Source of the DNA: Xylographa opegraphella
Taxonomy: Eukaryota
Assembly: GCA_022813865.1 (NCBI GenBank)
Contig: JALDZX010000026.1
Coordinates: forward strand, 62,001 to 126,000
Reading direction: 5' to 3'
DNA length: 64,000 bases
The position numbers and the translations under genes were made by a program. The notes beneath the pieces are model-generated. The model saw only the letters and a program-made list of their open reading frames with translations, ran no database searches and was not told the DNA's origin. Shown in pieces: positions 51,227-61,633 of this stretch (position 1 is the first letter of the stretch; each line of letters starts with the position of its first letter).

Positions 51227-51611
51227 CAACTAGCGGTTTCCAAGGAGACATCATAGCCTCAAACAGCAATTTGAAATGATTCCGTCACGATGAAATGATT
51301 TGATCACGCGTATACATAATGAGTGCTCTTTCGTCTGGCCAGAGCAATGGGAAGGCAGGGTATCGACGACACGTGATATCGAAACTTCCGACTAACCCAT
51401 TTTGTCGTAGATCAGACCCTGAAAAGACTCCACTACGTCAACATTTCCCAAATGCCGAACCAGCACTAGCCTGTAATACGCACTTTTTATCTGCGAAGTT
51501 GTAATGCCAGATTTGCTCCGAAGCTCTAGCTGGCATTGGGACACCAAAGAGAGGTGATCTTGCTCGTTCGTCATGTCATCTTACACACTATCACTCATAA
51601 AGTCGTGAGAC

Positions 51612-52664
51612 ATGGCACAACGTTCAGATCAAGTCATGGTCTCTTCTCCCGAAGGTCCGCAGATTCGAGTTCCCTCTGTGTGGATTCCACGGATCTGTCT
51701 GCATTCCATAGTCTTAACAGGACTTTTGCTTCCTTCTATCTACGAGTCCTTTCTCTCTACGTTGTGGACAGCTCTCTCTGGTTCCAGCTTGTACCGCTTT
51801 TCGGGGTTCGAAACTCTTGAGACCGTCCTCTGCTACATTATTATCGAGCCATTCTATACTTATAAGTTTGGTCGAAATCCAAACCTTCGCATCGATGTGC
51901 GGGGCTCGAAGTGGAAGGGGTCGGGATCCGAACGACCGAAGATTCCAAAGATGCGGCGCCCCTCCAAGAGGATGGGTGAGATGTTCATCTATATAGCGCC
52001 ACTTTTGGCGATGGACTTGACAATGATCAAAAAGTTTGCTGGAGTTCCGGTCGCCGACATTCGTCGTTCGGGCGGATATCCGTTACCGCTGGCCAACGCG
52101 AGCGCCGGGGACATAAGCTCCAGTTTTCTCTTGCCCACGATACATAATTTTACACTGGAGTCGCCACTCCAGTTGACACGTGCCTTGCCTACCGAAGTCC
52201 CTTCGAGTAGGCGATTGTTGTTGGAATTGATAATATCGTTCTTCATCTACGATGCGCTGTTTTTCTTCATTCACATTGCTTTTCACCGGATCAAATTCCT
52301 TGCAAAAATCCATATGCCGCATCATACGCACACTGAGATGCACCCGCAAGTTACCAACAAGCTCTCGGTTGCGGAAAGACTTTCCCTTGTTCTATTGGCG
52401 AACTTTGCGCTCAATATCATTGGAAGTCATGTGCTCACAAGAAGTGCTTTCGTGCCGGTTTTTGTCTATCTGCTGGTAGAGGTGCATTCAGGTCTAGACT
52501 CGGAATGGAGCTACGATAAGCTGATACCATTTGGATGGGGTGCGGGAAGTAGAGTTCATGCGGTGCATCATCGGACAGGAGATGGAGCTTTCGCACCGTT
52601 CTTCACATGGTGGGATAGAGGACTTGAATGGATGGATTTGAGGCGGGAAATCAAATCACAGTGA
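51612..52664 (+). CDS. Fatty acid hydroxylase / sterol desaturase superfamily (cholesterol 25-hydroxylase-like)
   Basis: His boxes HIAFH, HMPHH, EVHSG and HAVHH; FAPFFTWWD. Intronless. Confidence 0.9.
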   Translation: MAQRSDQVMVSSPEGPQIRVPSVWIPRICLHSIVLTGLLLPSIYESFLSTLWTALSGSSLYRFSGFETLETVLCYIIIEPFYTYKFGRNPNLRIDVRGSKWKGSGSERPKIPKMRRPSKRMGEMFIYIAPLLAMDLTMIKKFAGVPVADIRRSGGYPLPLANASAGDISSSFLLPTIHNFTLESPLQLTRALPTEVPSSRRLLLELIISFFIYDALFFFIHIAFHRIKFLAKIHMPHHTHTEMHPQVTNKLSVAERLSLVLLANFALNIIGSHVLTRSAFVPVFVYLLVEVHSGLDSEWSYDKLIPFGWGAGSRVHAVHHRTGDGAFAPFFTWWDRGLEWMDLRREIKSQ

Positions 52665-53264
52665 AACCTTTTGTGCATAGTCTTGCATTCGGGCCTCTGT
52701 TGGTGGGTCCAAGGTCGATGCCGTGCGACCACGAGCATTCGTAGCGTATTTGAACCTGACAGTGAACGTAAATATACAAGACGCCCAACGAAACCAATCA
52801 CATTCCATTGGTGTCGGCCACGATATCCAATATATTTATGTTTGAAAGCTATGTACAGACCGGTCAAGCAGCAGCTTCAATCTAAAACCTACGGAACGAG
52901 GTAGAATGTTAGTAGGACTACTTGATATTAGAACATGACTTGTGCATAAAGCGAGACCAAATTTATCCACATCTGGCTCTTACAGATTGGGATTATCCAC
53001 AGCTCTTTGCTGGATCTGCAACTCGCAAAAGAGACCATTGCGGAGAGGCACGAATTCGACATCGCCTGGATGGAGACTGTCTATCCTTCAGTGATTCATT
53101 ATGTTGGATCGACCGACCAGCTAGTAGCGCTACGCGTTATTGGAAGATAGTGCCCGCCCCGCATGAGAAAATGTTATCTCATCGTCGTGGTCTGATAGAT
53201 CGCGTTTGTCCTATACCGGAGCTCTGGAGTTATCGGTCAGCGTCTTCAGTGTTCGAGGAGTACA

Positions 53265-54977
53265 ATGGAAGCCCATGAGGAGAAAACGATGCCTGACGAG
53301 CACGCATATTCCGAGAAGCTTGCAGTAGCCAATACTGATTTCTTCTCTGCGGATGCAACTAGTCCTCCAACACATCAGCACGTTCATCACGCTTCGAAGA
53401 GACCAGTATTGAACGTGGTATACGTCTCGCTTTCAGTTTTCATCCTGTTTCTCAACTACTTCCTTGCTCAATATGACAAATTTGTGCTTTCTTATTTTCA
53501 AAATGAGGTTATCAACTCCCTGAACCTTACATCTACAGACTACGGTGTGCTATCGGGCTATGCCACCGGTATTGCATACGCCCTGCTGGCTATTCCAGTT
53601 GCTTTTGTTGCAGATTATGCAGATGCTAGAGTCTGGGTCTTGAGTGTGGCGGCGTTGTGGTGGAGCCTCTGCGTGCTATTTCAAGGTCTGAGCCACAACT
53701 TCTGGCAAATTCTACTGGCAAGGGTTGGCATGGGGGTCGGTCAGGCTCCTGTGGAGGCTTTGAGTATCAGCATCATTAGCGATTTAGTGGAGCCACGATG
53801 GCTCTTTCTGAGTGAAAGGTACAATCCGCTTTAGCTTCAACACGAAGCAGTGTTGTTGATGCTCACCAGTTTGTTCTATGTGGGTGTCTATCTCGGAGAG
53901 GCTGTCAGTGGTCAGATTGCTACAGCATTCGATGCCACTGGGACGCCTTGGAACAAAGCCATGATAGCCATTGGTATTGCTGGAATTGTGTTGGCAGTAC
54001 TTACTCGTGTTGTGCTTCGAGAACCAACACGGCGTGTCTCTGTCATGGCTCCCGTACAGAGTTCTGATCCGTCGATATTCGTTGGAGGCTCCCAATCAAA
54101 TCGAAAGGTCGCACACGCAAAGAGGCAATTCCTGGCCTCGGTGTCCCAGATAGTTCGGATGCGCTCCTTCTGGATCCTGGCCCTTTCTTCTGGGGCAAGA
54201 CAGTTCAGTGGTAATGTTTTTGGGTTTGACTACTTTTCCTTTCCTTGAAGGCAATTGAGCTCTAATCAGTACAATAGATGGTATATGCCGGGGTATCTGA
54301 CATCGCGTTACCCCTCGCAGCCTGACTTACTGTCAAACTATGGAATCATTGTTGGAGCAGTAGGTTCTGTGGCAGTCGTTCTCGGCGGTGTAATCTGCAC
54401 GTCTACTGGCAAGTATAGGACGACAATGCCACTCTACATAACTGCAATCGGTGGCATGATATCCGCTGCCTTTGTCGTGGTGGTGGTCTTCTCTCTGGAC
54501 CTTGCAGGTGGAAATGAAGCCAGAGGTGTGCAGATCCTTTACGGTGGCATGAGTGCCGCATATATAACCGCAGAATTATGGTTGGGAGCGTATGCCTCGT
54601 TACTGGCTATGCTGCTCCCCGCGCGCACCAAGACCTTCTGTCTAGCCATCTACACGAGTACCATTATTCTGATCTATTCCAGCGCCCCTCAGATTATCGG
54701 CTTGGCCCTCGAAAACTATGATGTCAACAGCGAAGCCTATATTGAGAAGACGAGGGATATCTTGGCAATCTTGATCCCGGTGGGCTATTGGGTTGCTGGA
54801 CTCGGGCTGTTCTTCTGTGTGAGCAGAGTGAAGGCCGACATTGCGGGCGATGTGGTCGAGGTCGGTCATGTTACTCGTTTGAGGAAAGGAGCATTTATCG
54901 GTTTCTGGCTCGCCTTTGGTGCTTTGACCATCGCTCTCTTTGTTACTAGTCTGGTGATAGCCAGCCTGGTGGGCTAG
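53265..54977 (+). CDS. MFS transporter, Spinster-like
   Basis: About 12 TM segments with LNYFLAQYDK, ADYADAR and ARVGMGVGQA..IISD. Two introns join three ORFs. Confidence 0.82.
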
Positions 54978-55338
54978 GCGCAGCATAAGATCCGAATGTA
55001 CTGATTATGCTGAAAATATACGAAAGTCAAAAACCTTGTGCTGATCGGCTGTTCTTGCTAAATGAGCAAAAAGAATGCTTTTTGACCGGATTTTTGTTTT
55101 TCCTTTTTGCTGATGGATATAATATTTTTACTACAGTGCAACGTATTTTTCGATTATCAAGTCGAAACCATTAACATAAAACACGCCGCTCAGCACGAGC
55201 CTATACATAAAATCGTATTATTCTTTTACGCATAACTTCATCATAACGTATCATTATTAAAAGCTAATTACGTTTCTGGCGAGCAACATGGCCGGTCGAT
55301 ACCGCGAAACCACAAGCCGCATCCCCGCTCTTTCCCCT

Positions 55339-56413
55339 CTAATGTGAGGTCGCCACCTCGCCGTTTTCCCCCATCCGCACCGCGATGGACGTCAACTCGT
55401 CCAAATCCTCCTTGGGCAGGCCAAGCACGTCGTTGTGGATGGGCCTGAAGTCGCCGTCGGCCGTGGGGAAGAACATGCGGCTGTAAAGCATTTTGGTGAA
55501 CTGGCTGAAGTTGTGCTTTTGTAGCTCGGCGGTGGCATGCTTGAAGCGCTGCGCGGAGGACTCGTGGGAGATGGCCCAGTCCGCATCGGTGGTCTTCGAG
55601 ACGCGTTTGACGCTGTCGAACATGTCACGCTGATTGAGGCGGAAGCTGTTGATGTAGACCGAGGTATTACGGAACTGGGAAAGCGTGGTGCGCTTATCCG
55701 CAGCATCGTCTGGAAGCTCCGGTAGGCTCAGCAGGCTCGCGACGGCGCGGCCGCATTGGGCCCAGGTGCTGAGGTTGAACGGGACGTCGCCGTTGTCGAA
55801 CCAGATCAGCGAGCGCTTCTGGAAGTCGAACCCGAAGCGATCCGGCCCACCGCCCAGGCTGAACTCGAACCAAAAGTTGCATGCCAGCATGATGTAGGAG
55901 CTCGTTCCCTCGAGCTTCGCGAACTCAGCATGGATCGTGTCACGCGCGGGCGTCAGCCAGCTGTCCCTGCACAGCGCGTCGTTCTCGCCGTCGTGCCCGA
56001 ACCAGTTTGGCAGCACGTACGACACACCAGCCTTTGCAGCCGCGCGCACCAGTTTCGGGATCGTGTCTGGTGGCGCTGTTACCGCCATGGTGATGATGAG
56101 GACCTGCTGGCCCCGGAGCGCCTCCACCAAGGCCGTGTCGTCGTCGCTGCTGTAATCAACGCGGGAGACTTTGACGCCTTCGGGTATCTTGTTGGTGCTG
56201 TTAGGGCGTGCGACAGCCGTCAAAACAAATCGGCCGGCCTTGAGCAACTGCTCTGTGAGATGTTTGCCCATCTGGCCGCCAGCCTAGATCTCTTGGTCAG
56301 CAAGGACGATTCTGGTTTGAGAGCGGTGGCGTAAGACATACCCCGATGATAGCCACCTTCTCGATGCGGTTGAGGAAGCCCTGAGGCGGATCCTTTGCAT
56401 ATCTCGTCGTCAT
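55339..56413 (-). CDS. NmrA/isoflavone-reductase-like NAD(P)H oxidoreductase (CipA-like)
   Basis: Exon 1 ends KVAIIG, then intron, then AGGQMG (Rossmann motif). Also AAAKAGVSYVLPNWFG and STWAQCGRAVA. Confidence 0.88.
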
Positions 56414-56897
56414 GGTCGTTTCCGTAAGTCAAGGCTCGAAAATGGGATATGGAGAGAGTTTGGTGCCTTACTAGATGGCAGCCCCGAGGGATGATGAGGT
56501 CGGTCCATTGGCGTACATGAGACATTTCGAGCGGAGATAACGGTATTCTTCCTCCGAGATGACCATAAATCCAGGGCTCGGCTATTTTTCACATGTAATA
56601 CAAGGCCACTACTATCCCCTGCCTTGTCAATCCCAATCCTGCGCTTCCATTCCCAAGAGTTCATAAGCGCACTGTACTCGAGGCGGCTCGGGGGTCAGCG
56701 GGAAAATACGGTCGACCAGATTTTTTCAGCTCCTAAACCCATTCCACATTGGCTGATCTCTCTGCAATGTCCGATGCCTTGAAGAACACGCCTTGGGAAT
56801 CGTGCCTTGCGAGAATGGGAAGTTCCCAGGTACATAAAAGAAAACATGATGCCGCACAGTAATCGTCCCAGTGTCCTCGTCGGTACAAATAATCATT

Positions 56898-57185
56898 ATG
56901 AAAGCTTCGGCTTTGCTTTCTCTTTATTCGAGCTTGGTGTTGCCTCAGTGCACTAACCTGCAGGGGCTTAGTGCGCCGCGTCTGATGTCAGGTACCTCTT
57001 AGGCACTGAGGCAAGCTTGCTGTTCGCCGTTGCACTTACCACGAGGCACGAATTGGACCCGTCGAACTACGCCAGTGAGGATGTTATTATTCACAATGTG
57101 GCGATAATCGACGGCGGCGCCACCGGTACATATAGTGCTATCAATTTGCGCGCGAAAGGAAAAAGTGTCGTCGTGTCTCTAACTC
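56898..57185 (+). pseudogene. Truncated 5' relic of a secreted FAD-dependent oxidoreductase
   Basis: DVIIHNVAIIDGGATGTYSAINLRAKGKSVVV is a GxGxxG FAD-binding start with a G->D change. No downstream catalytic body follows before the P450 begins. Confidence 0.6.
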
Positions 57186-57305
57186 CTATAGAACAACCCC
57201 TTCTACTACGAAGTAAAGTCTGTCTATCTTCCACACTCCAGTGCCCCGTTGCTCCCCCAAACGCACCCTCATCCCGTACTTGCGAATCCCTGTAATCCAC
57301 CAAAT

Positions 57306-58760
57306 ATGGTATTCTCCACCCTCAACCAAAGCCTCGCCTTCCACGCCTCCCCCGAATCCTTCATCTCCACCCGTCTGCAGAACCTCGCCGCGACGGACCC
57401 TGCCCTTGTCTCGTCCGCGGCTGCGAGGCACAAGATCATCCAGACGTCGATCCTGAACCGCAAAGTCCACATTACGTCGTCGTATCGGCTGTGCGAAAGC
57501 GTGCTCCTGGGCGGTGGTGGGATTGCCCTCGACGGGCCCGGCGGTTCTGATGCTGCAGTGTTTTTGAAGGGGGACTCGAAGATTTCAAGTGATGGGACGC
57601 AGGACGATGTCGAAACCTTCGCCGTTTGCCCGGCTTACCATCAGCTCATGGCGGATTTCTTTCCGCCGCCAAACATCTTGCTTGAAGATGGACGGCTGCA
57701 TGCTACGAGCAAGGAGAGGTGGAAGCAGCAACTGTCTACGTTTCCGGCAGACGTGACCCCTTTGATACAGGCTATCACGCAAGCACACCTGAGCACTTTC
57801 CGCCAGGGCCCGTCCATCGATCTCTACGAAAACCTAAAAGATCTCTGCTGGAAGATCTTGCTCGGCATCTTCTTGGACCTGGGCCCGGAAGACGAAGCCT
57901 ACTCTACGATCGAGGGAGCGCAAGAGTCGCTTCTGCGCGGACAGTTCTCCTTGTTCCCGGTAGCGGTAAACATGCCATTTTGGCAATCGCCTCGAGCCAA
58001 GGGGATCAGGGCCCGTCAGGACTTGTTGCCTATGCTTAGAGCGCAGGTTGAGAAGCAGAAGCCTTCTTGTCCTTTACTCCGGCAGCAAAAGATTGGCACG
58101 GACGAAATGAGCTCTCATTGTCTCCTTTTCACTAGCTCTATTGCGAACAAAGCCTTGGCCTCCTTACTGACAGCCACTATCATGAATCTGTTCCTCTTTC
58201 CTAGCCCTACGCCTTTAGCTACGATCGTCCGCTCGCACCCGCCCGAGATGCAGGGCCTTCTTTTGGAAAGCATACTTCTGGAGACAGAACGCCTGAGCCC
58301 GCCGGTGGTAGGCGTCATGCGACGCGTCCAGAAATATATTCAACTGTCTGTCCCAGAGAGCGAAGAGCGTCACCCCGTCCCGGCAGGCTCCGATGTCTGG
58401 CTTTACCTAGCTGGCGCCAACCGCGATCGTGCAGTCTTCTCCGACGCAGAGAAATTCGTGTTTGACCGCTTCATGGCCAGCGAGATCCCTCGCGGTTTTG
58501 CGTTCGGCTTCGGATACAAGTCTTGCTTGGGAGGTGAGCTTGTGCATCAAATCATATCCGTGGTAGCGAAGGTGATGATTGACGCCGACATCACACTCCA
58601 TGGTAACGTATCCGACCATGGCGTTAAAGGCTGGCTTGGCTGGGAGACGGGTGTTCCGCCTTCAGCATTCGCAAGCGATTTGAAACAGCTTCCCTGTCAG
58701 CGGCCCCGAAAGCCGGTTCTTGTGTACGTTGGTTCTGATCAGACGGGTCGGAAAGATTGA
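57306..58760 (+). CDS. Atypical cytochrome P450
   Basis: ExxR (ETER), FVFDRF meander and heme motif FGFGYKSCLG. Intronless. The first in-frame ATG is at 57306. Confidence 0.88.
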   Translation: MVFSTLNQSLAFHASPESFISTRLQNLAATDPALVSSAAARHKIIQTSILNRKVHITSSYRLCESVLLGGGGIALDGPGGSDAAVFLKGDSKISSDGTQDDVETFAVCPAYHQLMADFFPPPNILLEDGRLHATSKERWKQQLSTFPADVTPLIQAITQAHLSTFRQGPSIDLYENLKDLCWKILLGIFLDLGPEDEAYSTIEGAQESLLRGQFSLFPVAVNMPFWQSPRAKGIRARQDLLPMLRAQVEKQKPSCPLLRQQKIGTDEMSSHCLLFTSSIANKALASLLTATIMNLFLFPSPTPLATIVRSHPPEMQGLLLESILLETERLSPPVVGVMRRVQKYIQLSVPESEERHPVPAGSDVWLYLAGANRDRAVFSDAEKFVFDRFMASEIPRGFAFGFGYKSCLGGELVHQIISVVAKVMIDADITLHGNVSDHGVKGWLGWETGVPPSAFASDLKQLPCQRPRKPVLVYVGSDQTGRKD

Positions 58761-58819
58761 TCATCGATGCAGTCAACCCTTCGCTACTTAAGCCAGCAGG
58801 GCAGTGTAACGAACATCAT

Positions 58820-59677
58820 TCAACCGCCAGGTTTCCCGTTTAGTCGCAGGCTCCGGCGCAGGAAGTTCGAGACCCCCATTACCAACCACGCTATATTGAC
58901 AGACCCTATCGTCCCTGTTCCTAGTATACATTGCCATCTGAGACCTCGGAACGCCTGCAGCGCACCTACACCAGTCTGCCGGCCCCATACTCCAAGGATT
59001 GCATATACAAGCCCGACCCGAGCAGCAGCATAAACAGTCAAGTACGCGCCAGTCGCAAACGCAATCGCAGTTTTCCTGTCACTTCTAAAGTTGACGAGCC
59101 ACCACCTCAACGTTCCAAACGGAGACGACGCGTTCATCAGCATCATCATGACGATGACCAGTACCCCCTTTTCTCGGCCAAAGTGGATGTACCATTGCAG
59201 GTAGAGCAAAGCGGCAGACAGCCCTACGTGGTGGTACGCTAGATGCCGCATGTTCAGACCGACCAGCCGTTGCTTGCCCTTCACTGCGACATCACTGCTG
59301 CGAGCGAGTCGGACCGCGTAAAGTAGGATCAGGGAATCGGAAAGCAGATAGCCGGTCTCAAAAGCGGTAATAGCGTTCGCGAACGCAGAGCGGGTCGCGA
59401 TCAAAGGTAGTGCAGCTTCCGAAGCCCGAGGATCCGCGCCAGATGGCGATTGAGAGGGCGGAGCTGCAGGCGGCAGGGCGGGAAATAACGCATCGCTATG
59501 TTGGCGGAGACAGGCCAGGGAGAGTACGGCGGCGACAGAGCAGTGGAGGAACGAGAGGGCTTCGCGGGTCTTGGCCAGCCGAGCGGGTGTTGGTGATGTA
59601 GAGAGCGAGAGATAGAAGGTCGAGGCGTAGGCTGCGGTGGAGGTGAGGAGGATTTGGGATGGTGTGGGGATGGACAT
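58820..59677 (-). CDS. TLC (TRAM/LAG1/CLN8) domain membrane protein
   Basis: REALSFLH, FETGYLLSD, LAYHH and MNASSPF..LRW pattern with multiple TM segments. Start taken at MSIPT. Confidence 0.75.
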   Translation of the reverse strand: MSIPTPSQILLTSTAAYASTFYLSLSTSPTPARLAKTREALSFLHCSVAAVLSLACLRQHSDALFPALPPAAPPSQSPSGADPRASEAALPLIATRSAFANAITAFETGYLLSDSLILLYAVRLARSSDVAVKGKQRLVGLNMRHLAYHHVGLSAALLYLQWYIHFGREKGVLVIVMMMLMNASSPFGTLRWWLVNFRSDRKTAIAFATGAYLTVYAAARVGLVYAILGVWGRQTGVGALQAFRGLRWQCILGTGTIGSVNIAWLVMGVSNFLRRSLRLNGKPGG

Positions 59678-60383
59678 GTTAGGAGGCCGCGGAGTGGCGA
59701 CCTCGTCGCTTGCTGGTGAAGTCGAGCGGATGGAGTATAATTCCAAGCTTCTTACTCTTGTGGAAGAGGATGAGAACAAGCTATGCTCACTGTAACCGTC
59801 GGGCGAAAATTGATGGAGATATGTTCAATATATGACGTAGACAGATATTAAATGCCCGTGTACCTGGCCAGCGTGATGATACAGAAAACGTGCGGAAATC
59901 AGCGATATCAGCATGCGCCAAACTGTTTCATTGCAGCGTAGCTGCTCTAAGGACGAGGGGGTTCAAATCGAACATCGGCCGCTAGTGGGGCAGTATTTCC
60001 GCTCCGATCCGTAGAATATTCCCTCTTTAGGTTTAGCTCCAGGGGGTCATGGCTTTCCACAACGCTGCATATTGAGCGAGAGGTCCCCTCGCGCTGGATC
60101 ACCTGGTTGTTTTTCTCGCGTCTGACGTACAGTGAAGCACATAAAGAATGATGGTTCAGTCTCTCCATCGATATCAGGTCCGTAGCGACACAGGCGGTAA
60201 TAAGCGGTATACACGGATTACACGCTAGGGATATATAACCTTTACATTATGCTGTCACTCTATTGAGGCAGATTGGTGCTAAAATCTCATATCATAAGCT
60301 ACTAGGAGCCACTTCGCAGCAAAGCGAAACCAGTTTCAGGCAGCTTTTCACTTCATTTGACAGTTATGAGATTCTTGAATAGA

Positions 60384-61278
60384 TCATAAGTAGCTTCCTT
60401 TCGCAAACCTCGACCCAAAATCTCCCGCTCGAGTAATAAGTTCCTTTCGCTTTGCGTGCCCTATCTTCATACCGCCTCCTATATCCTTCTCTTTGTCGAA
60501 CGCACGCTGGCTTGGGTCGTCTTCCTTCTCCCTGGGTGCTGTCTTCTGGTGCTCGTCGTAGAGTGATGATTTTCGATTCTTCTCCTATAGGATATTTAGT
60601 GCCAACTCCGTTGGTAGTTTGACGGATGCTACTCACATTATACTCGCGTATCCTTCTCTCCGTCTCTCGAGCCTCAGCACGACTTTTTGCAGACTTGTGA
60701 CTTTCCTGATCCAGATGCGCGGGTCTCTTGACGCCCATGACCTCATCTTCAAGCCGCTTCAGCTTCTCTTCCGGTGTCTCTGTCCACAGAGTATTGTCTC
60801 CTCCACCTTTCTGCGCCGGACCCTTAGCACCTTTGCCCGTATTGAACTTGCGGTTTTTAAGTTTCGTAGGATCGATGCGTGACGACCAATCATCTCGCTT
60901 TGGAGGAACCAACATCCACTCTTCCCTTTTCGGCTTGCTTGCAGCTTTCCGAGCCAACTCTTCGTCCGCTGCTTCTTTGCTACGTAAGATCTCTGCGTCG
61001 GGATCGTAGTGCCCGGGTGGAGGTGGAAGAGCCGGTCCAATATCGTCGTCACTGTCACTGTCATCTACCCCGCTAGGAGCAGTAGTAGGTCGCTCATCCA
61101 GATTTGCCGGCGGTAGAGACGGACCGAGTATACGTTTTTTCTTGTCTGCTCCATCATTACTTGATGATCGCGAACGACTGGCAGGATGGGCACGTGCATG
61201 GCTCTTCTCGTCTTCGTCATCCTCGCGCTTTCGTTTCGCGGCAAGGTGAGGAGGAAGCTCCGGTCCAACCAGAGACAT
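60384..61278 (-). CDS. DUF3752 / GPALPP-motif protein
   Basis: GPELPP, GPSLPP and GPALPP repeats, REEWML.PP and WTETPEEK. One intron, then FGSRFAKGSYL-stop. Confidence 0.87.
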
Positions 61279-61633
61279 TGTAAATACCGATACTTACTAC
61301 GAATGAAGGTAAGATTGTCTTCTGCTTAGAGGGGAGTTGTAGTGGAACAATGCAGAATGTATGTGGCAGCTCATATACTGCAAGGGTACATACCCTACGG
61401 AGCTAGAAACTAGTGTAGTGGCAATACCGGCGTTTATATCAGCCGCGATTTAATGAGATCGATTACTTCTTTGGTAGCGACCAGGAGTGCATTTCTTATG
61501 TATAACATGTGCAGCGGTCCTTTGTAAATTTCCCGCGCGTCCCAGCAATACTCAGCTAAAGCAAATCCAAAAGCTGAACATGAGCAGTTTCGATGATTGA
61601 CATCGAAGATATGCGGGCGGGCAAACGGCTCCG

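Noticed and set aside
59930..60000. tRNA-like GGTTCAAATC B-box
   Set aside because: The T-stem does not pair and no cloverleaf can be formed.
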